From positions 12,212 through 76,211 of the forward strand of contig DATDAD010000030.1 of assembly GCA_036525555.1 (NCBI GenBank): DNA of 64,000 bases, given 5' to 3'. Position 1 is the first letter of the stretch; each line of letters starts with the position of its first letter. Below, in pieces: positions 29,802-39,449 of the stretch. The notes beneath the pieces were generated by a model. It saw only the letters and a program-made list of their open reading frames with translations, did not search any database and was not told the origin of the DNA. Origin of the DNA: Nitrosopumilus sp. GTDB lineage: Archaea; Thermoproteota; Nitrososphaeria; Nitrososphaerales; Nitrosopumilaceae. Position numbers and translations under genes: made by a program.

Positions 29802-31643
29802 TCACGTAGGACATCCAGTGGATGGGCATACCTGTAAAACTATTTCAGCTATAGGTCCAACTGCAAATTCCCCACTTAGACTATTACCTGTAGCAACACC
29901 ATTTGCAAGTATAGACATCACATACATTTTTGCTTTAGGAACAGATGGAGCTGTAGCTGTGAATTGAATAGTTTTGGCTTCAGTATGATCATTTATGGAT
30001 TCAAGTAAAGTGCCAAAAATCTGTGTTGAACCATCAGGGTATGTGACAGGAGGAGATACATCAAAACCAATTGAACTAACAACGGTTCCAAAATTCCATT
30101 CTTTTGGAATGTTAATAATTAAAGATGTGCCATTCTTGATTCCAAATTCACTATCACTACTCATATCAGCAAGAGTGGCATTAAATAATACTGTACTTCC
30201 TTCCACAACTCCAGTTAATGTACTCATTACATCAGAAGATGCAACTGATTTTGTATCTCTTGCAAGAAAAACATTTGGTAATGCAACTTCACTAGTATGC
30301 ATTGTAGTTCCATAACCTGCTTTTCCATATTGACCAAGGGTTGTAAACACGACAGGTTGAACCAGAATATTTTGAGCATCTTCTGTAGTACCTGCCATAT
30401 TACCGCTGCCAATTCCTACAAGAAATGGGAAAACAGATCTTGGCGCAACTTGAACAGGGTCAACCAAATTTCTCCACATCAGTTGATTACTTTCAGGGCA
30501 AGACCAATTATCAGGAGTAGGAGATATTGTTGCAGGTTTCTCAGGACTTTCTGGAACAGTAATACCTTCACAATTTTTTACAAAAACATCATCTTGAGAA
30601 TTTGCCCTAGGATTGAATACCATCACTACTACTTTGTTTACAAACATTGGCTTATCCGTAGGATTTGCAACATTTACACCCCAAATTGGCCTTGATGTAA
30701 CACCATCATTTTCGTCTCCAACTGCATTAGGCATTACCATGAATATCTGAGGTTTTCCAAACAGTTCATTTGAGATTACAATTTCTCCTCCACCACCACC
30801 CTCTCCAGCTTCTCGTAAGAGAATGGAATCAGATGCAACGTTACTGGATACATCATCAGGTATCTTAAAATCTCCTTTTGCGATAGCTGAAAACACCAAA
30901 TCATTTCCACTGACTCCATCAACTTGATAATCCCAGGAAAACATTACAGATTCTGCAGGTTCCAAATTCACAGAAGATGGAGTATGAGAAGGAGAAGGAG
31001 AAATAAGAAAACCAGAACCAGTTACAGGTTGCATTTCAGGCTGAACATTTTTAATTACAGCATTACCGGTGTTTGTAACAACCATTGCAACAGTGACATT
31101 CTTGCCAAGAACTACATCTGGAGGATCTGTTATTAGTTCAGCACGAAGATCCCCAATAGAAGCACCCACACCGACGACGACCTCATTAATCTTCATCGTT
31201 CCTAGAGATGAAACTACTTTGATATCATATGTATCAGGAGTCATTTTAAGAGGTTGTGTAAAAAGAACATTATTAGTAAAACCTGATGGAACAAATGCAT
31301 CATCATAATTTACATCAAATCGAGTTACAGGTTGATTTGATAATGTTTTGTTAATGATCCAGATACTTGAAATCTCAACTGGGTTTTGGCCCTGATTTTT
31401 AACATTCATGCTTAAAATATTGTCTTCATCAATAGAGGTAGAAACTGCAAATTGTTCTTGTTGTTTTTTTATTTCAATATCAGAGACAATTCTTTGTGTA
31501 GTTACAATATCTGTTTGTGCATCCAAAGCTAAACTCAATACAGAAAAGCCCGCAATCATCAATACTGTAAAAAATAACGCGCCTACAACAGAAGATAATC
31601 CACGTCTTTTTTGTAAATGAAATAAAGTGATTTTATCAATCAT
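29802..31643 (-). CDS. Large minor pilin/adhesin
   Basis: KRRG|LSSVVGALFF; CARDB-like VTVAMVVTNTGN; Gly linker. Confidence 0.85.
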   Translation of the reverse strand: MIDKITLFHLQKRRGLSSVVGALFFTVLMIAGFSVLSLALDAQTDIVTTQRIVSDIEIKKQQEQFAVSTSIDEDNILSMNVKNQGQNPVEISSIWIINKTLSNQPVTRFDVNYDDAFVPSGFTNNVLFTQPLKMTPDTYDIKVVSSLGTMKINEVVVGVGASIGDLRAELITDPPDVVLGKNVTVAMVVTNTGNAVIKNVQPEMQPVTGSGFLISPSPSHTPSSVNLEPAESVMFSWDYQVDGVSGNDLVFSAIAKGDFKIPDDVSSNVASDSILLREAGEGGGGGEIVISNELFGKPQIFMVMPNAVGDENDGVTSRPIWGVNVANPTDKPMFVNKVVVMVFNPRANSQDDVFVKNCEGITVPESPEKPATISPTPDNWSCPESNQLMWRNLVDPVQVAPRSVFPFLVGIGSGNMAGTTEDAQNILVQPVVFTTLGQYGKAGYGTTMHTSEVALPNVFLARDTKSVASSDVMSTLTGVVEGSTVLFNATLADMSSDSEFGIKNGTSLIINIPKEWNFGTVVSSIGFDVSPPVTYPDGSTQIFGTLLESINDHTEAKTIQFTATAPSVPKAKMYVMSILANGVATGNSLSGEFAVGPIAEIVLQVCPSTGCPT

Positions 31644-32380
31644 CGAGCATCACCACTATCAATTAAAAATTCTACCAGTTGTGGATTACCTACATCAAAT
31701 GAAATATGAATTCCCTTATTGAGAAGAATATCAGAATCATCAACACCTAATTTTACTAGAATGTTTACTGCTTGGCCGTTTTGAATTTCAATGCTAGAAT
31801 TTTGTATGACAGGAGATGCACCGATGGGCAGTATTGAGAAAGTTCCATCAGAAGGATATTTTCCTCCAGCCAAATCATTTGTGGAGGCATCCAGTTGAAC
31901 TCCAGCAGTTGAGGAATCCCAAGTGTGAATCACATTGTTGATTCCAATATCTTCAAGAAATATTGGATTCAAGCCATTGTTTTGAATTTGTAATACAATG
32001 AATTCAGTTCCCCCACTTTCAGGAATGGCATCAGGAGAACCAGCACAACTATAGCCACAAAGAACAGGATCACCGGTCATAGGAACAATCCCATTAGTAA
32101 TATCGTTATCAACATCAGTTAATTTCAAAAGGGTTGAGGAATCCCGCGTATCATATGCTAAAAGTAGAAGATTCAAAGATGATGAATCAAGTGTAGATAT
32201 AGTACCAAGATTACCAGATACAAATGCATCATTCATAAAATAAGTAAGAGTGCTAGCTCCAGTTACAGTAACTGCCATAAGCATCATGGTACTAATCACA
32301 TCAGCTACACCCCGTCTATTTCTTAAAGGAGAATGTTTTTTCTTTTCAAATAAAGTGTTAGATTTTGAATTTTGTTTCAT
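31640..32380 (-). CDS. Archaeal type IV pilin
   Basis: RRG|VADVISTMMLMAVTV. Confidence 0.85.
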   Translation of the reverse strand: MKQNSKSNTLFEKKKHSPLRNRRGVADVISTMMLMAVTVTGASTLTYFMNDAFVSGNLGTISTLDSSSLNLLLLAYDTRDSSTLLKLTDVDNDITNGIVPMTGDPVLCGYSCAGSPDAIPESGGTEFIVLQIQNNGLNPIFLEDIGINNVIHTWDSSTAGVQLDASTNDLAGGKYPSDGTFSILPIGASPVIQNSSIEIQNGQAVNILVKLGVDDSDILLNKGIHISFDVGNPQLVEFLIDSGDAR

Positions 32381-32387
32381 TTTAGCT

Positions 32388-32915
32388 CTATGTATTAAAT
32401 GGACTTGCGACAGTTGTGAAAAAATTACCTTTTACCGTAGTTAAGGATATTTTGTATTTGTCATCAACATAGTATGCATCATCCCACGTTTGAGTTACAA
32501 TACCATTAGTGAGAATAATGTCAGGACTATCAAGAATAATTTTTTTGTTTGTTTTAATTTGGATAGGTTCAGAAACATCTACCCAATTTGCAATAATTTC
32601 TTGGGTGTCAATTTTTAAAATAGTTATATTTGAAATGGTAGATTCAACCGTACCGATATTGTTCAAATTAATTTCAATAATATCATCACCAGGGACAAAT
32701 CTAATATGTTCAAAAATTATATCCTCACGATGAATTTCATTTTTTGATTTTTCATGAAATGATAAATCATATGTAAATGCACTGATACTATTCATACCAT
32801 TAAACAAAATTACAGAGCCAACTGAACTAACTATTCCCAATATTACAATACTGCCCATTACCTGACTGACTGCACGTCGTTTTTTTACAGGAAATTTTGA
32901 TATGACATATGTCAT
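32388..32915 (-). CDS. Archaeal type IV pilin
   Basis: KRRA|VSQVMGSIVILGIV. Confidence 0.85.
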   Translation of the reverse strand: MTYVISKFPVKKRRAVSQVMGSIVILGIVSSVGSVILFNGMNSISAFTYDLSFHEKSKNEIHREDIIFEHIRFVPGDDIIEINLNNIGTVESTISNITILKIDTQEIIANWVDVSEPIQIKTNKKIILDSPDIILTNGIVTQTWDDAYYVDDKYKISLTTVKGNFFTTVASPFNT

Positions 32916-34153
32916 TTGTTGCCACCAGTCTTTGATTTTAGATTAGCCACAAGAGACTCAAAGGAATCAATGGAAGATTTCTGGGGAGCATAGTCATTTT
33001 TAGAATACCACTCAGATACAAAATCTTCAACACGGGAAAGAATTTGAGTAAAATCAGGCTCAGAAATCAAATTAATGCCATAGTGTTTTGCAAAATTGTC
33101 CATACCGTCACCAATATCTGAAACAGTAACTAGGAGAGTATTTGTAGGATCAATGTCTAATTTTGGAACTAAAATGGAATTCATATCAGATTGACCAATT
33201 CCATCAGGCGGATTTTTGATAAAAATTAAGAGTGATTCATCAGATGTTTTACTCTTGGCATATATTGGAATCTCATGCACATTTCCACTTTTTCCTTTTA
33301 TTGACACATTGAGCTTGGCATTAAAATTAAATCCTTGTAACAGTTTTAGTAATTCATCTTTAATTTGATTAGTATCAGAGTTTATTGAAATCTCAGAATT
33401 TTTTAATTTATAACTAAAAGTTGTTACAAATTGTCCAGAATTTGTATCGAAATCATGTTCATGTTTTCTGCAATGCAGTTTGATTACAGCATTATCAAAT
33501 TTTTCATTACAATCATCACATTGATACCACATAGCAGGAACCCGAATTTCTTTCTCAAAATTTTTAATTTGTTTTTTACATGAGGGGCAACTAGAATTTC
33601 CCTGGTCGACAAAATCAAAATTGGTACTTTCTGTAATATAACCGCATTTTTTATGCTCAAACAAATTTAATTTTTCAACACTCATTGAATGACATTTTGG
33701 ACAGTACAAACGCATGCTAGAGGAAAATGTATCTGAATGAATAGGACATACAATTAATTTTTCATATACTTTTTTCTCTAAAATTCCATCAGACACCAGA
33801 TCATCAAGACATGTGATATTATCCTGCAATTCCCCAATTTTTGATAGTATGGGATAGAAGAGATGACCTTCGTTATAATCTACAAAGGGTTTGATTGTTC
33901 TATCCTCAAGCTTTTGAACCTCTTGAATTAGTTGTACGGCCCTATTGCCTGAGGGTTTTGGAATAATATCAGGCATAGATAGAGAATTTTCTATAAGAGC
34001 ATCTTCAATGATTAACTCATTTTTTGAATCATTTGAATTTCCTTTGAAAAGAGAAGAGAGATTCTCTAATTTAGTTAATTTATGCTCATTTTTTGAGGAA
34101 AAATCACTATTGTCAGGCAGAGATTTTTTTCTAAACATCAATACGTACCTCAC
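32912..34153 (-). CDS. TackOD1-like Zn-ribbon protein with C-terminal PD-(D/E)xK/Mrr-like domain
   Basis: CPIH...CPKCHS...HKKCG...CPSCKK...CDDCN...CRKHEH; IKGKSGNVHEIPIYA. Confidence 0.7.
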   Translation of the reverse strand: MRYVLMFRKKSLPDNSDFSSKNEHKLTKLENLSSLFKGNSNDSKNELIIEDALIENSLSMPDIIPKPSGNRAVQLIQEVQKLEDRTIKPFVDYNEGHLFYPILSKIGELQDNITCLDDLVSDGILEKKVYEKLIVCPIHSDTFSSSMRLYCPKCHSMSVEKLNLFEHKKCGYITESTNFDFVDQGNSSCPSCKKQIKNFEKEIRVPAMWYQCDDCNEKFDNAVIKLHCRKHEHDFDTNSGQFVTTFSYKLKNSEISINSDTNQIKDELLKLLQGFNFNAKLNVSIKGKSGNVHEIPIYAKSKTSDESLLIFIKNPPDGIGQSDMNSILVPKLDIDPTNTLLVTVSDIGDGMDNFAKHYGINLISEPDFTQILSRVEDFVSEWYSKNDYAPQKSSIDSFESLVANLKSKTGGNK

Positions 34154-34225
34154 TTGATACTAACGAACTACTTACCATGGTAGGTTTCTTATCAAATTCA
34201 AGAGTAAAAGGAAAAGGTTGTTCAA

Positions 34226-35887
34226 ATGGACGAACAAGCGTTAAAACGCATTACTTGTGCAAAAAATCCGGAATTGAGTCTAAAGATTTTGAAAAATAAA
34301 TTGTCCATATTGCAAAAATTACAGTCAAATAGCAAAATCAACATCAAACCAAAAAATGAGTCTGTAAAAAATATTCAAGACAGGATTGAAAACGAAATTA
34401 AAATTCCACAATACATGACACTCTCAAAACTAGATTGGGATAACAACGAGATACATGCAGGGATCATTAAGGACCCAACTGCAAAAGGAGGGCTAAGATA
34501 TCAGGTGATAGAGCCAGTTCTTTCTGAAAGAGACCAAAAAGCATTTGAAATTATTAAAAAACTTCTCATGACTGAGCTTACAGTTTCACTGCAAGATATT
34601 AAAACAAAAAAAGATGCAGAACGTAGATTAAAAAAGAAAATTGGATCAATGATAAAAAAATACAGGTTAAACATCCCTCCAAAAAATATAGCAAAAATCA
34701 ATTATTTTGCTATCAGGGATTTTGTGTATCTTGGAAAAATCGAACCATTGATGAGAGATCACATGATAGAGGAAATTAGTTGTGATGGAACAAACATTCC
34801 GATATACATATGGCATCGAGAACACGAGTCTATGCCAACAAACATCATATTTGAAAAAGATGCAGAACTAAATAATTTTTCAAGAAAGATGGCATATATT
34901 TGTGGAAAGCATGTTTCAATGGCAGATCCAATTATTGATGCATCATTACCAAATGGAAGTAGGATCAATTTGACATTAGGTCATGAAATTACCAAACGTG
35001 GAAGTACATTTACAATTAGGAGATTTAGGGCAGATCCAATTACTATTATTGATTTAATAAAATTTGGAACCATATCAGTGGATATTGCTGCATACATGTG
35101 GTATTTGGCTGAAAAGAAAGCAACCATGTTAATTGCAGGAGGTACTGCAAGTGGCAAAACCACAGCTCTGAATGCATTAGCCTCATTTATCAGGCCAGGT
35201 GAGAAAGTAGTAAGCATAGAAGACACACAGGAACTCAATCTACCTCATGAAAATTGGATTCCTGCAGTCTCAAGACAAAATTTTACAGATACCCAAATTG
35301 GAGAAATTAATCAATTTGATCTTTTAAGAGCAGCACTAAGACAACGCCCAGACATCATTATCGTTGGAGAAACTAGAGGGAGAGAAGCATACACGTTATT
35401 TCAGGCAATGGCAACAGGTCATGGAGGATTCTCATCAATTCATGCAGATTCAGTGGATGCAACATTAACCAGATTGACATCATCTCCAATGGATGTTCCA
35501 AAAGCCTTAATCTCAAATAGTCTTGATTTGATTACACTGCAGTTGAAAATCAGGGTTGGGGACAAATCAGCTAGAAGAATTATCCAGGTTTCAGAAATTA
35601 ATGGTATTGATGATGTAACAGGGCAAATCAAAACTCATGAAATTTTCAAATGGAATCCTAAAACGGACACACATGAGTACATGGGTGACAGCGTCATTTT
35701 CAAAAAACTCAAAGAAAGAGACGGAGATTCAGAAGAAAAGATCAATTATGAATTGACAAAAAGAAGACTCGCACTAGAGTGGATGGTAAAAAATGATATT
35801 CGTGATCATAAAGAGGTAACTGCTAATGTAATGGATTTCTATGCAGACCCTGAAAGATTCTATGAAAGAAAAAGACTCGAGGTATAA
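34226..35887 (+). CDS. Type IV pilus assembly ATPase (VirB11/TadA/FlaI family)
   Basis: IEEISCDG, LPNGSRI, GGTASGKTT, SIEDTQEL, LRQRPD, GETRG, GH. Confidence 0.95.
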   Translation: MDEQALKRITCAKNPELSLKILKNKLSILQKLQSNSKINIKPKNESVKNIQDRIENEIKIPQYMTLSKLDWDNNEIHAGIIKDPTAKGGLRYQVIEPVLSERDQKAFEIIKKLLMTELTVSLQDIKTKKDAERRLKKKIGSMIKKYRLNIPPKNIAKINYFAIRDFVYLGKIEPLMRDHMIEEISCDGTNIPIYIWHREHESMPTNIIFEKDAELNNFSRKMAYICGKHVSMADPIIDASLPNGSRINLTLGHEITKRGSTFTIRRFRADPITIIDLIKFGTISVDIAAYMWYLAEKKATMLIAGGTASGKTTALNALASFIRPGEKVVSIEDTQELNLPHENWIPAVSRQNFTDTQIGEINQFDLLRAALRQRPDIIIVGETRGREAYTLFQAMATGHGGFSSIHADSVDATLTRLTSSPMDVPKALISNSLDLITLQLKIRVGDKSARRIIQVSEINGIDDVTGQIKTHEIFKWNPKTDTHEYMGDSVIFKKLKERDGDSEEKINYELTKRRLALEWMVKNDIRDHKEVTANVMDFYADPERFYERKRLEV

Positions 35888-35889
35888 TT

Positions 35890-36813
35890 ATGAAATTAAT
35901 TGGAAATAAGCAAATAAAGAAAAAACAAGAAGAATCAGTAGGCCAGATTCATGTTTATAGTTACAAACTGCTAAACGAACATGTAAAATTTTTACATCCT
36001 AAATTACGAACACTAGATAAAACAATCAAGCAAGCAATGATGCCAATTCCATTTGAAGTGTATGTTTCAAGCATGGTTTTCTTCAGCATGATTGCAGGAG
36101 TATGTGGAGGAATTATGGGATTAATTGCATCACAGTTTATCAATATTCAGCCGGCAAGTGTAGGGATGTTACTTCCAATATTGAGTGGATTGATGCTCTT
36201 TGGAATGACTTTTGGAATATTGCAAATTATACCCACTATTAGAGTAAAAAATAGAGCAGCAAAACTCGTTGAGGAAATTCCTCATTTTATTGGATACATG
36301 TCAACTCTAGCAACTAGTGGCTTGACATTGGAGGGGATTTTCAAAGCCATAGCAAAAGAAGAAACAGACGAAGACATAGTCAAAGATTCAAGGTTCATCG
36401 TAAGAAATATCGATATTCTAGGCATGGATTTGATTAGTGCCATAAAGGATTTGATTCAGAGAACACCTACAGGACCATACTCGGAATTGCTTGAGGGAGC
36501 AATAGTTACAGTTCAATCAGGAGGAGACCTCAAAGAATATTTCAATGCAACTGCAAAAGTCCAGCTTGAAGAAAAGAAGATGTTAATGCAAAAAACTACA
36601 GAATCATTAGGTAGTGTCGCAGAAATTTATACTATTCTGCTAATTGTTTTCCCATTGCTTGCAGTAATCATGTTATCAATCATGGGAATTATGAGTCCCA
36701 GTCTTGCAGGATTTGATTTGTTAACGCTGATGAATATTCTAACTTTTGCAGTAATTCCCCTTAGTGGAGTACTGATGTTAGTCATGATGGATACTATGGT
36801 GCCAAAGAGGTAA
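35890..36813 (+). CDS. Pilus platform protein (T2SSF/TadC-like)
   Basis: EIPHFIGYMSTLATSG; TM segments; follows the ATPase. Confidence 0.9.
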   Translation: MKLIGNKQIKKKQEESVGQIHVYSYKLLNEHVKFLHPKLRTLDKTIKQAMMPIPFEVYVSSMVFFSMIAGVCGGIMGLIASQFINIQPASVGMLLPILSGLMLFGMTFGILQIIPTIRVKNRAAKLVEEIPHFIGYMSTLATSGLTLEGIFKAIAKEETDEDIVKDSRFIVRNIDILGMDLISAIKDLIQRTPTGPYSELLEGAIVTVQSGGDLKEYFNATAKVQLEEKKMLMQKTTESLGSVAEIYTILLIVFPLLAVIMLSIMGIMSPSLAGFDLLTLMNILTFAVIPLSGVLMLVMMDTMVPKR

Positions 36814-36817
36814 TAAA

Positions 36818-37735
36818 ATGGAAGTATTGGAGAAAAAACAAAAGAAAAAATCAGAACCAAAATTAGAACCAAGACAATCAATTTTTAAAAATGAGATACT
36901 AAAGACTCTAACATTCTCATTAATTGCATCGATAAGTGTGCTATCAATGAGTTTCTATTTTTCAGAATTTTCAAATTCTACGACAATCAAAGATGTTGGA
37001 CTAATCTTTGGAATTCTAGTGGGAATTATCCCATTAACAATTCACCAATTAAAGGAAGTTCAAAGGAGAGACAGCATTGATAGACATTTACCAGTATTCC
37101 TACTTGCACTACTTAGTTCAGTTCAAAGTGGAGCCAATTTGATCAAAGCCATAGAACATGCTGGAGATAGAAATCTTGGTGCATTGACTCCAGAATTAAA
37201 AAATCTTAGAGCAAACATAAGTTGGGGAACCCCAATTGAAGAAGCTTTTGAAAACTTTGCAACAAGGACAGGTACCAGAGTTGCAAGACGTGTTACCGTA
37301 TTGTTAGAAATGGCAATGAAGATAGGAGGCGACGTATCAGAAAATTTGGAGATGATCCAAAAACACGTATCTGAAATGCAAAATATTGAAAAAAGTAGAA
37401 AATCTGCTTTGGCCCCATATACTTATACAATTTACATTTCATTTGGAGTATTTTTGGCAGTAGCAGTGTTACTTACTACTAGTTTTTTCACTGAAATAGA
37501 AAAGGTTCAGGAGGGATTACTTGCATCTGGAAGTGGCACTGAAGGACTATTTGGATCTCTTGCAAGCATGGAAATTGAAAAATTAGAATCAGCGTTGTTT
37601 AACATGGCAATAATAGAGGCAGTTTTTGGAGGACTGGCGGCGGGAAAGATTGGTGCAGGCTCATATGTTGCAGGCACAAAACATGTTGTAGCAATGATTG
37701 TAGTAGCAGTAGTGGCATTTAACATCCCAATGTAG
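36818..37735 (+). CDS. Second pilus platform protein (T2SSF/TadB/C-like)
   Basis: HLPVFL...SWGTPIEEAF; FGGLAAGKIG. Confidence 0.9.
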   Translation: MEVLEKKQKKKSEPKLEPRQSIFKNEILKTLTFSLIASISVLSMSFYFSEFSNSTTIKDVGLIFGILVGIIPLTIHQLKEVQRRDSIDRHLPVFLLALLSSVQSGANLIKAIEHAGDRNLGALTPELKNLRANISWGTPIEEAFENFATRTGTRVARRVTVLLEMAMKIGGDVSENLEMIQKHVSEMQNIEKSRKSALAPYTYTIYISFGVFLAVAVLLTTSFFTEIEKVQEGLLASGSGTEGLFGSLASMEIEKLESALFNMAIIEAVFGGLAAGKIGAGSYVAGTKHVVAMIVVAVVAFNIPM

Positions 37736-37896
37736 ATACCATTTCAGACATTTCAGTAAAAAAATGTTCTAAATGAGATTACCAAATATGATTACAACAT
37801 AATCAAAAGAAATCATATCAATGACATGTGTGATTTTTTATTGTTTGTAATTGATCTAACAAGCAGATCTTTTAGTTCATAATACTTCAATATCAA

Positions 37897-37912
37897 TTAC
37901 CAAAAATGGGAA
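37897..37912. promoter_or_regulatory. Palindromic operator candidate, site 2, abutting a TATA-like TTATAAAT
   Basis: TTACCA AAAA TGGGAA. Confidence 0.5.
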
Positions 37913-37997
37913 TTATAAATAATTCAAAACATAGGAATCATACGAAAATACTAAATGCAAATAGGCAAAGTGAGCCTAGGGAAAAGATGAGAACTAA

Positions 37998-38843
37998 ATG
38001 ATTTCATATCAAGAACAAGTAAGCGGAATTGCATCGGAACTAGAAGATATTTTGGATTTGGATGATTTGGAAGCCAAAGTTTATCTTAATTTACTAAGGG
38101 CAGGTCCAATTACAGCAAGTGCCCTAGCAAAAGAACTTGATATAGACAGAGCAAGAATGTATAGAACTGTAGACAAGCTAGTCAGCAGAAATATTATTTC
38201 TACAACATTATCCAGTCCCAAATTATGCATTGCCGCAGATCCTCATGATGCATTAAAAATCGCACTAGGGAAAAAAGAAGACGAAGTAAACAAAATTAAA
38301 AAGTCAGGCGAGGCAATTATTGATAAAATCAACAATGAAATTAGTACAAATCAAAACAGCACAGTACCAACATTCAGAGTGGTCCAAGGGCGTCAGAATA
38401 TTTATGCAGATATTTCACATGTAATTGAAAATTCTACGGGAGTTATCTACATCGCTACAACCCTAGATGATGTTTCAAGAATGTATCACAGCACAATACC
38501 TGAAAAAATCACTCTCTGTGAAAAGAATGGTGGCAAAGTGAGATTGCTTGTAGACATGGATGATCCTAAACTTGCACCTTTTGTTAAAAGATTTAACGCT
38601 ACTGAAACTAGGATTGGAAAGCTTCCATCTAAAGGAAGAATAGTAGTTCAGCAAGAAAAAAAAATGATCATGTCAGATTCTGCAGCATCATTCAAAAACT
38701 CAAATTCAGACTCTGATTTTTCACTATGTACAAACTCATCAGAGATGGTAGATAATATTTTCACACTATGTACATTTTTGTGGGATACATCAAAGCCATT
38801 AAAAACATTAGATGTTAAAAATTTTGTAAAGAAATCGAAGTAG
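37998..38843 (+). CDS. TrmB-family regulator
   Basis: LEAKVYLNLLRAGPITASALAKELDIDRARMYRTVDKL; VVQGRQNIY. Confidence 0.9.
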   Translation: MISYQEQVSGIASELEDILDLDDLEAKVYLNLLRAGPITASALAKELDIDRARMYRTVDKLVSRNIISTTLSSPKLCIAADPHDALKIALGKKEDEVNKIKKSGEAIIDKINNEISTNQNSTVPTFRVVQGRQNIYADISHVIENSTGVIYIATTLDDVSRMYHSTIPEKITLCEKNGGKVRLLVDMDDPKLAPFVKRFNATETRIGKLPSKGRIVVQQEKKMIMSDSAASFKNSNSDSDFSLCTNSSEMVDNIFTLCTFLWDTSKPLKTLDVKNFVKKSK

Positions 38844-38919
38844 AAAATACGAAAATACAGCATTAACACTTTCATATATTTTCGAGCCTAACATTTTAGA
38901 AATCGTTAAAAGGGACTAA

Positions 38920-38935
38920 TTCCCAAAATTGGAAA
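38920..38935. promoter_or_regulatory. Palindromic operator candidate, site 3, overlapping the start codon
   Basis: TTCCCA AAAT TGGAAA; the last A is the A of the ATG at 38935. Confidence 0.5.
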
Positions 38936-39432
38936 TGGCTATTGAAATCTACGACGAAAACAAACTAAGAGACATACCAGAAGCCCAAAGGATTTCCATA
39001 TGTGAACGCATCATAAAAAATGATAGTGATGAGTCAAAACGATGGGATGCAGTTTGGCTTATTGGAGAACTAGCTGAAAACAGAGATCCAGAAGATCCAA
39101 TGTTCGTAAAATCTGCAGATTTGATGGAGTGGGTATTGAAAAATGATGACAATGGAGTAGTCAAACATGAAGCATGTTATCAGATTGCTGGAAGAAACAT
39201 GAGAACAAAGATCCCGGCTCTAGTAGAATCGGCATTAAATGATAAAAGTATTCTCACAAAACACGAGGCAATTGAATCCCTTGGCCTGATGAGAGCATTT
39301 GATGCAATTGATTTGATCAGAGATGCCGAAATTGATCCAAGTATTGATGTTAGAGAAACGGCAAGATTCGTAATCAAAAGATTACAAAGATTGCAAAATC
39401 AAGGCGAATACAAACCAGCTGAGATTCTCTAA
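38935..39432 (+). CDS. HEAT-repeat protein resembling one half of deoxyhypusine hydroxylase
   Basis: VVKHEACYQI and LTKHEAIESLG 32 aa apart; IPALVES; DPSIDVRETARFVIKRL. Confidence 0.75.
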   Translation: MAIEIYDENKLRDIPEAQRISICERIIKNDSDESKRWDAVWLIGELAENRDPEDPMFVKSADLMEWVLKNDDNGVVKHEACYQIAGRNMRTKIPALVESALNDKSILTKHEAIESLGLMRAFDAIDLIRDAEIDPSIDVRETARFVIKRLQRLQNQGEYKPAEIL

Positions 39433-39449
39433 TCAAGAAATCTTTAAAA

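Noticed and set aside
29079-37735. Archaellum locus
   Set aside because: No archaellin-type N-termini and no FlaF/G/H or che genes. Two separate platform genes fit a type IV pilus.
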